A stretch of 39,691 nucleotides of DNA from a virus (IMGVR_UViG_3300030095_004873:1-39691); one strand, 5' to 3'; positions 28,941 to 37,392 are shown, numbered from the stretch's first letter. Translations and numbers: made by a program. Notes: generated from the sequence alone by a model not told the origin.

Positions 28941-29256
28941 TTGATTTGATATAAGTATTTAAATTTATTAAATCTAAATAATCATCTAATGATATCATTA
29001 TTAGATTACTTAGTATTGTCATGAACCCTTCTTCTTTTATGATTTCTAAAGCAAAGGGATAAGGTTTATTATTGTGATGAACTATTCCTCCTAAAACATA
29101 AGATGTAAATGGATTAGGTGGTAAGTCTAACACATTATCCTCTATAAACTTTCCTATTTTATAAGATACAATCGGGTTTAAGATGTGTAATGCATCCATA
29201 AACTCATCTTCCATTTCATATCCACTATCCTTTATATATTTCTGTTCTAATACCAT
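28885..29256 (-). CDS. Hypothetical phage protein (start uncertain; may be ATG 29214)
   Basis: 123-aa ORF filling the gap between VRR-NUC and the DnaA-like gene, overlapping both. Confidence 0.6.
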   Translation of the reverse strand: MVLEQKYIKDSGYEMEDEFMDALHILNPIVSYKIGKFIEDNVLDLPPNPFTSYVLGGIVHHNNKPYPFALEIIKEEGFMTILSNLIMISLDDYLDLINLNTYIKSNETNTIVTGSHQRTSRVA

Positions 29257-29464
29257 ATGCTTCTAACTCTTTAATTCTATACTTTTGTAATGCAGAAACT
29301 TTTCCTTTAGGTTTTTTAATTTCTGAAAACAATACATCACTGTCTTTAGGAATAGCAATAAGATCTGGTATTCCATTTTTGTTAGTCTTAATAAGTTTAA
29401 TAACATAATAACCTTCCTCTTCTAATTCCTTTATTCTTTTACTCTGTATTTGTTGCTCAGTCAT
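29225..29464 (-). CDS. VRR-NUC domain nuclease (putative Holliday junction resolvase)
   Basis: MTEQQIQ...GIPDLIAI...FSEIKKPKGKVSALQ is a PD-(D/E)XK VRR-NUC signature; near an SF2 helicase as commonly seen in phages. Confidence 0.85.
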   Translation of the reverse strand: MTEQQIQSKRIKELEEEGYYVIKLIKTNKNGIPDLIAIPKDSDVLFSEIKKPKGKVSALQKYRIKELEAYGIRTEIYKG

Positions 29465-29852
29465 TGCCACCTTTTTTTCCACGAGGGTTTACTGGTTTAG
29501 GGGGTATTACCACATTATTTGGTGAAGGCTTTATAACTGGTGTGTTGTTGGTATTATTATTAGAGTTATTGGAATTATTAGAGTTATTATTAGGTACATA
29601 TATAGGTCTATTATTATTCCAAGTAGGATCATAATGATAGTAACCATTGTAATAAGGTCTCCAATAGTTTCTCCCATAATTTATCACATTGTAATAAACA
29701 TTAGGCTTAATCATATCTATAGGTAATCGTAATGTGTCTCCTTTTTCAGTAACCGCTAAGACATGTGTTATTAATATTTTAGGCTTAGGTTTTTGCACCA
29801 TACACCCATACATTAAGCTACTCAATACAATAAATATTACATATTTCCTCAT
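29457..29852 (-). CDS. Putative lipoprotein with Tyr-rich and Asn/Pro-rich low-complexity tail
   Basis: MRKYVIFIVLSSLMYG-C: basic n-region, hydrophobic h-region, lipobox Cys17. Confidence 0.65.
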   Translation of the reverse strand: MRKYVIFIVLSSLMYGCMVQKPKPKILITHVLAVTEKGDTLRLPIDMIKPNVYYNVINYGRNYWRPYYNGYYHYDPTWNNNRPIYVPNNNSNNSNNSNNNTNNTPVIKPSPNNVVIPPKPVNPRGKKGGND

Positions 29853-29853
29853 A

Positions 29854-31086
29854 TTACAAAGTTAACAAATCCTTTTTGAAATGATTAAGCGTGTAGTCCT
29901 TCTTTTTTACTACTGCTTTATAAATATTATCTTCAATTCCTCCTTTAGTAAAAATCCAGTATATTTTATTATATAAACGATTTTTAGTTGTCATCCTATC
30001 TCTTGATTGCCAGTAACTTGTAGCACTAAAATCAATATTATAATAAACTAATGCTTCAGCTTGTTTTAAACTAATTCCTTCTCTACCACTCACTATTTGA
30101 AGAGCAATGTTTTTATCTGTGGTACTAAATTCCTCGAGTGTGTTACAAATCGATTTACCAAATATTTCTTGTATAGCTTCATACTCTGCAGTAAACTTAT
30201 AAAAAATCGCTATTTTTTTACCCTTAAATTTTTCTCTAATGTATAAAGCTTTGGTAGTATCAAGAACCATTGAATGTCCACTTTCAAACTTTACTGTTCC
30301 TGAATACAATTGATGAGTCTTTGACATTAGTTTTACTGCGGTGTCTGCTAAAATAACATGTTCTTTACCCTCTATAACCCTATCAGTAGACAATTTTTTA
30401 ATCAACTTTCTAATTGCTGATGGAATATCTACATATAATATTTTTTCATTTGTTTCAACTTTAAACCCAGCTTCTTTTTGAGTATATGCAATTGTATAAG
30501 GTTTCATATCATCTATAATAGATCGCTTACCCTTACTATAATCATTGATATAATTACCATTAATTTTTCTTTGTCGTACATCCACATATGTTTTAGCAAA
30601 TGCATAAAAGTTTTTAAACCTTCTAAAAGGATTAGTTGATATTCCACACACTTGATGATACATTTGACTGTATGATTCTGGAGTTGGTGTACCTGATAAC
30701 AATATGGTATAAGTCTCATGAGACAATAAAATATCCATAATCTGTCTCGCCCTTTTACTTTTCTTTGGAAAAGCCCCTAATGTATGGGCTTCATCACATA
30801 TTAGGACGTCCCACTTTGTCTCACTTGGAATTTTGTGTAAGCTTTCATAATTAATTACTAATAAATTATAGGTGTGCTTCAAAGATTTATAGTCAGCTTC
30901 TATACTGGATATAGCTTTTTTCTTAGTAACAAAAAGACAGTTCGTGACTGGCAGAAGGCTCACCATACTCAAACTCGTAGCTGTCTTACCAGTACGAACC
31001 TCCATAGCAAGATACAAAAATTTGTATTCTTTAAGAAGGGGTAATCCTTTATTTACTATTTCTTGTTGGTAATCTCTTAACTTCAC
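29854..31086 (-). CDS. Superfamily 2 (SNF2-like) DNA helicase
   Basis: Q-motif LRDYQ, Walker A EVRTGKT, DEAH, LSGTP, REGISL and QSRDR; GTG start overlaps the MTase stop. Confidence 0.88.
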   Translation of the reverse strand: MKLRDYQQEIVNKGLPLLKEYKFLYLAMEVRTGKTATSLSMVSLLPVTNCLFVTKKKAISSIEADYKSLKHTYNLLVINYESLHKIPSETKWDVLICDEAHTLGAFPKKSKRARQIMDILLSHETYTILLSGTPTPESYSQMYHQVCGISTNPFRRFKNFYAFAKTYVDVRQRKINGNYINDYSKGKRSIIDDMKPYTIAYTQKEAGFKVETNEKILYVDIPSAIRKLIKKLSTDRVIEGKEHVILADTAVKLMSKTHQLYSGTVKFESGHSMVLDTTKALYIREKFKGKKIAIFYKFTAEYEAIQEIFGKSICNTLEEFSTTDKNIALQIVSGREGISLKQAEALVYYNIDFSATSYWQSRDRMTTKNRLYNKIYWIFTKGGIEDNIYKAVVKKKDYTLNHFKKDLLTL

Positions 31087-32297
31087 AATATATCTTTTAA
31101 TTGTTTTACAACTTCATACACCACATCTACAGTGACTGCATTGCCACAAGTTTTGTATCGTTGTGTGTTGCTTACTTTTTTGACTTCACCCTCATACTCA
31201 CCATACTCAGTCCAATTATCAGGAAATCCTTGTAGCCTTTCACACTCAAGTGGAGTTAATCTTCTTATTTTATTCTTACTTACAATTCCATTAGGCTCAG
31301 AAGAACGAATAGTAAATGCATCCTCACCATCATCCTTAATTGCATTGCCATAGTTTTTAGAATTACCTAATTGAGTGGGAACAATCACACTATCTAATGG
31401 GTGTGTGGTTACTGCATTAGAAACATCATCATCCCTGGTTTCTAATCTTTTCTTTCTATTATCTTCTTCTCCCTTTGGTTTTTGTCTTGGATAAGTTCTG
31501 AGTGCTCCTGAAATAGCAAGAGGTGGCATGGTACTTATATCCTTTTCACTGTGTCTTCGTGCAGATAAACAAGGGCTTTCATCATCTTCTCTTATTCTAA
31601 GACCTTCATCATTACGATAGTCTGCCATCTTGATATAGGTATCAGAAGAGCCCATCTTCCAATACCTTGCAGTTATTGTTCGTGCAGATCGAGGTCTCCG
31701 ACTGTGTAGTTCCCCTTCGTTGTTCCTTGTCGATCCATTAGGAACTTTGTCATCTTTTTGGATAGGAAAAATTCCTCTCCAATCTCTTGGGGGGTTTGCA
31801 GAATATCCGACAAGGTAGATTCTCTCTCTGTTTTGGGGTAGAAACCACGATGTATTACACAATTGCCATTCAAGTCTATAGCCCCCAATGTTGGTAAAGG
31901 CTTGGATGATTGCCGCAAAATCTTCGCCAGAGTTTGAGGAGAAAGTCCCTTTAACATTTTCCCAGATAAAAACTCGTGGTTGGCACTCAGTGATGAGTCT
32001 AATTGCTTCAAGGATAAGACTTGATCTTTCGCCACCCATTCCCCTACGCTTTCCAGCCAAACTAAAGTCTTGGCAAGGGCTTCCGAAGGTGATGACATCG
32101 ATTTTTGGTAATTGTTCTCTTCGAACATCTGTAACTGATCCGACATATGTACTGTTTTTAAAGTTATGTTTATATATTGCAATAGCATGTTTATCCACTT
32201 CAGAAAAATAAGAGTGACAATCATACCCAGCTTCTTCAAAGCCCAGCTTGAAACCTCCTATACCTGAAAACAAGTCTAATATATTTAATTTTTTCAT
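31083..32297 (-). CDS. C5 cytosine DNA methyltransferase (orphan, possibly multispecific)
   Basis: Start at ATG 32297 (TAATG-coupled to primase). Motifs I LFSGIGG, IV GSPCQDFS, VI ENVKG, VIII PQNRERIY, IX RRLTPLECERLQGFP and X YKTCGNAV. Confidence 0.93.
   Translation of the reverse strand: MKKLNILDLFSGIGGFKLGFEEAGYDCHSYFSEVDKHAIAIYKHNFKNSTYVGSVTDVRREQLPKIDVITFGSPCQDFSLAGKRRGMGGERSSLILEAIRLITECQPRVFIWENVKGTFSSNSGEDFAAIIQAFTNIGGYRLEWQLCNTSWFLPQNRERIYLVGYSANPPRDWRGIFPIQKDDKVPNGSTRNNEGELHSRRPRSARTITARYWKMGSSDTYIKMADYRNDEGLRIREDDESPCLSARRHSEKDISTMPPLAISGALRTYPRQKPKGEEDNRKKRLETRDDDVSNAVTTHPLDSVIVPTQLGNSKNYGNAIKDDGEDAFTIRSSEPNGIVSKNKIRRLTPLECERLQGFPDNWTEYGEYEGEVKKVSNTQRYKTCGNAVTVDVVYEVVKQLKDIL
31673..32146 (-). 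CDS. Nested +1-frame ORF in the MTase gene, similar to M.EcoHK31I beta polypeptide
   Basis: 157 aa from ATG 32146 (frame open from 32239). Contains ESTLSDILQ...EEFFLSKK, the segment that normally follows motif VIII of C5 MTases. Confidence 0.65.
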   Translation of the reverse strand: MSDQLQMFEENNYQKSMSSPSEALAKTLVWLESVGEWVAKDQVLSLKQLDSSLSANHEFLSGKMLKGLSPQTLAKILRQSSKPLPTLGAIDLNGNCVIHRGFYPKTERESTLSDILQTPQEIGEEFFLSKKMTKFLMDRQGTTKGNYTVGDLDLHEQ

Positions 32298-34705
32298 TAA
32301 AATGGAAAATCTGTTTGATCCTCTTTCTTTTGTAATTGCATAAATCTTATCCATTTACCAGCAGTCTCTCTACCTTCTTCTGGTGTGCAGTCCCATTTAA
32401 ACTCTGCATAAGCATAGAGCCATTTATAAAACCTTCTTCTTGATACAGTCATTTTAGATTTAGGAGCAAAGTCAGGATTCTCTTCAATAAAATCTAAATA
32501 CAAATCATTCATATATAATTTTGTGTTTAATACTAACTTGTGGTTTTTAGTACCTCCAACTACACCACACCATTCTATAAACTCGTGGCAAGTTTCGGCA
32601 GATAACTTTCTAACTTTCAAATTAACAAAATCACTTTTGATTAAACCATATTGTAAATATAGTTGAAGACATTCAATCATAAACACATCAAACTGACACC
32701 ATTCATCATCATCCCATTCTCCGAACATCATCTTACCAAACTCTTTAAGTGGTGTAAAATCTTTTGTATAATATTGTGATAACTCTAATTCCCACTTTCT
32801 TCTTTCAAATGATGAGCCTTTACCTTTGATTGCATAGTTAGTAGTGATTGCTACTTTTGGACTCTTTGCAAATGGTATCTTAATTGCATCTTTGTTTTTC
32901 TTCTCAAGAGTTAATCCTTCTGTTACCACAGAGAATAATCGTTCAAAGTTAAAATGTTTGCTTACATCATCAAAGCATAGTATCTGTGTATCTGCACTTA
33001 CTAACTGATAAGCAAAACTTCTTTCAAAGTTAAATGACTTACCATCAATAACAACTACTTTTTTCATTTGTGATATTCCATTCATAAACAAACCCTTACC
33101 AGTTCCTCCTTCAGGATTGTCTGATATGACTTCATCATTTAATATTGTAGCTGGGCAATAGGCTAAATTTTTATATGCATGTAGTAAATAACCAATTGTA
33201 GATTTCATTGATCTAACTCTACTATCATCTTGACCACATATGTTTGTGATAAAAGTTCTATAATCACAATGAGTTATTTCACACTCAGTAAAAACTCTAT
33301 CAATGACATGATCTTTCCACACATAACCTCCAATATCTAAGTAATCTATTACAGTCAATGCATCATGAGTCACTTTGACTGCACCATTTTTGTAATATAA
33401 ATAAGCAGTATCTTTGTCATCCTCTATAAAATATACATCTATAGAATTTAACAAGGTTAAAAACTCTTCTCTAAAATACCTGGTGCACTCTGCGAAATAA
33501 TTATATATAGCCAGGTCATCCATCTCTTGCAGATAATCTAATATGAAATCCTTGATTTCTTTTTCTGATGTATGGTCTATTAAGTTATTTGTTACTCTTA
33601 CAAAAACATAGTTTTTACTGCCTTCTGGATTAAATTTATAAAAGCCATTCTCTTCTAAGAAATGTTTAAATAATATGTGTACAATTTTAATAGTCCCTTT
33701 GTCGTTTTTAGTCCAAAACTTATGATTAGATTGTTCTTCTTCTATTCTATTAATCACATTATCTATAGTAACTTCATCAATCTTTGACTCTTGTAGTTGT
33801 ACTCTGATGTCTTTTTTTGCTACTCCTCTTTTTAATTTATGTCTGATTTGATTTACTTTATCTTCATCTTCATAATATTTAGTTCCAAAGTTTTGTCTTT
33901 GAGCATAGGCAGAATCTATAGTTCTTTTAATTTCTGATCGGTCAAAGTTCCTGGACTCATATTGATTTAAAATATATTCTGCTAAGTTTTGATTTATACC
34001 ATAATCATTGAAAGCTGCAGCTAATACATAAGTGTGATGATTTCTTTGTCCTTCATTCATAGGGTATTTCTTCTCCCACCACTTCACTAATATCTCTACA
34101 ATTTTATTCTCATCTGTTACTGGTATTGTTGCTTTATCTACATGCTTTATGTACTCAGTGTATTCTTCTTCTTCTATTCTGTCCCATAAACTCGATGTTT
34201 CATTTATATATATTAATGGGTCATATGATTCATAACAAACTCTTGAAATGTTTTTACTGGTGGTATCAAATTGTGGAGATTTAAAATAAACCTCTAAACT
34301 TTTAAAATAGTTAACATGTTGTTCAGGTTCTGTAGGAATTTTAACTAATGCTTTTAAACCCTTACCACTTGGAGAGATAAAAACTGAATAAACATATTTA
34401 TTTTTTGTAAGTCTTTCTTTTTCCTGGAGCATATCTCGATTTGCCGAATATCCATCAAAGTCCAAACAAATCAAACCACTGTGTTGATTCAATGAATTAT
34501 CATTTCGTTGGGTAAATGTTCCAGAAAAACAAATGGAAGGAAGATTTTGTTTTAACTTATTCCTTTGCTCTTTGTCTTTGGTATTTCTTATTTTTTTAAC
34601 TAATTCTTTTGATGCTCCATCTTTTATCCTTTGTAAAATAACATCTACTGGTCTGTAGAAGGGTTGACTGGTATCCTTTATATCCTTGAATATAGTTATG
34701 TTCAT
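32297..34705 (-). CDS. Primase-helicase (BT4734/VirE N-terminal-like primase domain, PriCT, P-loop helicase)
   Basis: KQNLPSICFSG, HSGLICLDFD, FISPSGKGLK (BT4734-like); EGQRNH (PriCT-like); Walker A GGTGKG and Walker B LCFDD. Confidence 0.85.
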   Translation of the reverse strand: MNITIFKDIKDTSQPFYRPVDVILQRIKDGASKELVKKIRNTKDKEQRNKLKQNLPSICFSGTFTQRNDNSLNQHSGLICLDFDGYSANRDMLQEKERLTKNKYVYSVFISPSGKGLKALVKIPTEPEQHVNYFKSLEVYFKSPQFDTTSKNISRVCYESYDPLIYINETSSLWDRIEEEEYTEYIKHVDKATIPVTDENKIVEILVKWWEKKYPMNEGQRNHHTYVLAAAFNDYGINQNLAEYILNQYESRNFDRSEIKRTIDSAYAQRQNFGTKYYEDEDKVNQIRHKLKRGVAKKDIRVQLQESKIDEVTIDNVINRIEEEQSNHKFWTKNDKGTIKIVHILFKHFLEENGFYKFNPEGSKNYVFVRVTNNLIDHTSEKEIKDFILDYLQEMDDLAIYNYFAECTRYFREEFLTLLNSIDVYFIEDDKDTAYLYYKNGAVKVTHDALTVIDYLDIGGYVWKDHVIDRVFTECEITHCDYRTFITNICGQDDSRVRSMKSTIGYLLHAYKNLAYCPATILNDEVISDNPEGGTGKGLFMNGISQMKKVVVIDGKSFNFERSFAYQLVSADTQILCFDDVSKHFNFERLFSVVTEGLTLEKKNKDAIKIPFAKSPKVAITTNYAIKGKGSSFERRKWELELSQYYTKDFTPLKEFGKMMFGEWDDDEWCQFDVFMIECLQLYLQYGLIKSDFVNLKVRKLSAETCHEFIEWCGVVGGTKNHKLVLNTKLYMNDLYLDFIEENPDFAPKSKMTVSRRRFYKWLYAYAEFKWDCTPEEGRETAGKWIRFMQLQKKEDQTDFPF

Positions 34706-34870
34706 TCTGTGTTGATTTAATTAAAGTTAATCTATTGATATTCAATACTTTATATTATTCTATGTTAGTTATGTTGAAATAATGTTATAAAAAATATAGA
34801 ATAAAAATATAAAATCTATAAACATTAATGTGTATAAAAAACAAAATTTTTATAACACAACTAACATTAT
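34706..34870. other. Candidate replication origin / AT-rich regulatory region
   Basis: Largest non-coding stretch, very AT-rich. 13/14 inverted repeat (34762-34775 and 34854-34867) and an IHF-like dyad at 34728-34752; directly upstream of primase-helicase. Confidence 0.5.
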
Positions 34871-34874
34871 CTGC

Positions 34875-34908
34875 AAAAAAAAGGGGAGATACACACACTA
34901 AACTCCCC
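34875..34908 (-). terminator. Intrinsic terminator after ssb
   Basis: Minus strand GGGGAG-14 nt loop-CTCCCC followed by T8. Confidence 0.75.
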
Positions 34909-34943
34909 AATTGATTGCAGTGCCTTTCGGCTACCAAACATTC

Positions 34944-35216
34944 TTAAAAAGGTAAGTCTGATCTTTCATCGTTACCTACTGCTTGTGGTTGCTCTTTAGT
35001 TTCGCCTTGAGGTTTAGGTACAAATGTATCTAACTCAACATAAGGTTTACCTGAAGATGCAGTTAAAACATTTAAGTTAACCCATCCATTTCGAGCATTA
35101 CTTTTAAGGAAAGGAATTGCATCCTCTACCTTAACACTTAAATTTCCGATAACAAAATCGGGGGCATTTTCTCTTCTTTTAAAAGAAAAGCCATCTGCAA
35201 AAACTTTGTCTGCCAT
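34944..35216 (-). CDS. ssb: Short single-stranded DNA-binding protein
   Basis: 90 aa, beta-rich core, flexible linker and acidic ...DERSDLPF tip; downstream of the annealase/exonuclease pair. Confidence 0.65.
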   Translation of the reverse strand: MADKVFADGFSFKRRENAPDFVIGNLSVKVEDAIPFLKSNARNGWVNLNVLTASSGKPYVELDTFVPKPQGETKEQPQAVGNDERSDLPF

Positions 35217-35218
35217 AA

Positions 35219-35416
35219 TTAATTGATTTTTATATTTCTCTCCAAATGTTCAATAGTGGCAAGAATGATTTCATCCTTTTCTTGCCTACTTTCACAGATG
35301 CTTGGAGCTTCCATCTGTAATACTTTTGTTTTACCATATACTTTTTCTCTGACCGACCTTATACAATTATAAAGTTTGTCTATGAATATATGAATTAATG
35401 TCTTCGTTAGCCTCAT
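35219..35416 (-). CDS. Hypothetical small protein (start uncertain)
   Basis: Fills the gap between exonuclease and ssb, ending 2 nt before the ssb ATG; overlaps the exonuclease 3' end. Confidence 0.5.
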   Translation of the reverse strand: MRLTKTLIHIFIDKLYNCIRSVREKVYGKTKVLQMEAPSICESRQEKDEIILATIEHLERNIKIN

Positions 35417-36116
35417 CACTAAAAAAATTATTATACACTTCTGTTGCTTGTTCAACTTTTCGTTGTCCTGATCTTAAAAATTCAGAAGAACAATCGAATA
35501 TACCTAATCTACTGGTGTTCTTGCAAATCACAAAAAACACCATAGGTTTGCCAAACATCCTTTGATAGATATATGCTTGACTATCGTAATTATAAGTCTT
35601 TGCACTGTACAAAAATTTATCGATGTCGGAGCTGGTCTTAATGTCAATAAGATAATCTTTATGCACAATATCAGCTTTACCTTTCCACCAATTAGCCATA
35701 ATTTGCTCTACTGCTGGAACTTCATACTCATTTCCTTCTGCATATATAAAATCATACATCTCCAGGTTGCCCTTCATTTTTTCAACTAAAGAGTCTACAT
35801 GGTCTGCTTCATGCCTTAACATGATTATATCATCTTGAGGACATAATTCTCTATATGCTTTCGTTGATCTTGATGAAACATCGGCTATTTTAAAGTCTTT
35901 AACTTTATCAGGCTCAATCATACATGCATGAAAGTAAGATCCTACAACCATTGGTTTAGTTCTTAACTTTGGCACTCTAAATTGAGTAGGATTTTTTAGC
36001 AGATAAATAATATCAGAATTAGAAAGGTATTGTCTACCATACTCTCCATAATAAAATTCATCATTCTTTAATTTATCTAAAGCCTGTTCTGTGGGTTCAA
36101 ATACTTTATCAGCCAT
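35367..36116 (-). CDS. RecE/exonuclease VIII-like PD-(D/E)XK exonuclease (DUF3799-like)
   Basis: YLSNSDI, GSYFHACMIEP, KGKADIV, IDIKT, YDSQAYIY; TAATG-coupled to the annealase. Confidence 0.85.
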   Translation of the reverse strand: MADKVFEPTEQALDKLKNDEFYYGEYGRQYLSNSDIIYLLKNPTQFRVPKLRTKPMVVGSYFHACMIEPDKVKDFKIADVSSRSTKAYRELCPQDDIIMLRHEADHVDSLVEKMKGNLEMYDFIYAEGNEYEVPAVEQIMANWWKGKADIVHKDYLIDIKTSSDIDKFLYSAKTYNYDSQAYIYQRMFGKPMVFFVICKNTSRLGIFDCSSEFLRSGQRKVEQATEVYNNFFSDEANEDINSYIHRQTL

Positions 36117-36706
36117 TATTTTATGTGTTTACCAAGTTCCTTCTTTACACTTGTAGTAATCTTGTACTTCGCAGATAAGTTCTTAACTATTTTAGTAAGA
36201 CCTATTTCTTTGTTAGCAACTACATACTTTAAAACTTTTTCCCAGTTGTCATCTCCTAAGGTCAGCTCATAAGTAACATTCTTTTGTTGAGGTATTGGTT
36301 TAGATGTTGCATTGATTACATCTTCTCCTACCCAAAGAGACAAGCCTAACCCATGCATAGCACATGCTTTAGCAGTTGATCTTTGAATAGCAGTATTTAC
36401 ATCCATTGATGTAATCTTTTCAATTCTTATTGAATTGTTTCTAAAATCCATTATTGGTAAATAATCAATGTGTTCTATTTCATTAATAGTAATTCCCACT
36501 TTAACATAAGCAGTCCTTCCATCAGTGAAAAAGTTTAACCCACTGGATTGGTCCTCATACACATTTCTCTGTGCATTAGGATATCTTAATTTTACAAATG
36601 CCCAAGCATTTGCCCATGATAAATAGTCAAAGTTTCCCTTCTTTTCTACTTTGTCTTTAATGTTGACTTTAGCCAACTCTTCGAAATAATTGTTTTGTTT
36701 TGTCAT
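36116..36706 (-). CDS. Single-strand annealing protein, Sak3/DUF1071 (Rad52-like) family
   Basis: VEKKGNFDYLSWANAW, LPIMDFRN and DVNTAIQRSTAKACAMHGLGLSLW signatures. Confidence 0.88.
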   Translation of the reverse strand: MTKQNNYFEELAKVNIKDKVEKKGNFDYLSWANAWAFVKLRYPNAQRNVYEDQSSGLNFFTDGRTAYVKVGITINEIEHIDYLPIMDFRNNSIRIEKITSMDVNTAIQRSTAKACAMHGLGLSLWVGEDVINATSKPIPQQKNVTYELTLGDDNWEKVLKYVVANKEIGLTKIVKNLSAKYKITTSVKKELGKHIK

Positions 36707-36707
36707 T

Positions 36708-37103
36708 TTATTTAATTTGATTTAATTTCTGTTTATGCTTGGTATATTTATTGAGTATACCTTCTCTTCTGTTTTTTAGGTTTTGTATATGTTTATCATT
36801 CTTCCTGGTGTTGACTTCAGTTTTTATTTTATCCTCAATTAACCCAAGTTTGAATAAGCAGTTGGAAATAGCAAGATTTATTGCTCCCTTTCTCCAACCA
36901 TCTGAATGAAATATATTATATTCATTTTCATCTAAGACCTTATAATAATCTCCACCCTTGTTCATGTTTAATATTTCTATATTGTCACCAAACTTTTGAA
37001 TTTTGACTCCTGATCCTACAATTACAATACCTTTTTGCATTGATTGTTTGACCGCCAATGTGTCTGCCATTGCTTGATTCCATATGTCCTCTAAACTATA
37101 CAC
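36708..37103 (-). CDS. Hypothetical phage protein
   Basis: 131 aa, operon-packed, C-terminal coiled coil. Confidence 0.7.
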   Translation of the reverse strand: MYSLEDIWNQAMADTLAVKQSMQKGIVIVGSGVKIQKFGDNIEILNMNKGGDYYKVLDENEYNIFHSDGWRKGAINLAISNCLFKLGLIEDKIKTEVNTRKNDKHIQNLKNRREGILNKYTKHKQKLNQIK

Positions 37104-37392
37104 TTGCTTTGATTTCTTCTACCAATATTCTATAATCAGGATCTTCATTTACTAATAACTTTGCTCTTTCATATCCATGAAGGATAGAACTCATAGGAAC
37201 ATTATAGCCATGATCCTCTAAATATGATTTTATAAATGTGAGTCTGATTGGTCTCTCCATACAAAGAAGATATAAAATCTGTCTTGCATCCACCTGATTT
37301 CTTCTTTTAGATTTTTCGAACAACTTGTCCATTTCTAAATGAAATGCTTTAGCTACAGCTTTAGCATATTTATCAAATATTATTTTTTTCAT
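37096..37392 (-). CDS. Second DnaA domain IV-like HTH protein
   Basis: VAKAFHLEMDKLFEKSKRRNQVDARQILYLLC...SSILHG follows the DnaA C-terminal pattern. Confidence 0.65.
   Translation of the reverse strand: MKKIIFDKYAKAVAKAFHLEMDKLFEKSKRRNQVDARQILYLLCMERPIRLTFIKSYLEDHGYNVPMSSILHGYERAKLLVNEDPDYRILVEEIKASV

Noticed and set aside
31083-32297. MTase as part of a restriction-modification pair with VRR-NUC or the exonuclease
   Set aside because: Those nucleases belong to standard phage recombination/resolution families, so the MTase is best read as an orphan.
32298-32354. ORF-track upstream starts (MTase 32354; also 7708, 15953, 29482, 39412)
   Set aside because: They overlap upstream genes or promoter boxes. 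Downstream ATGs give better junctions or start contexts and family-typical N-termini.
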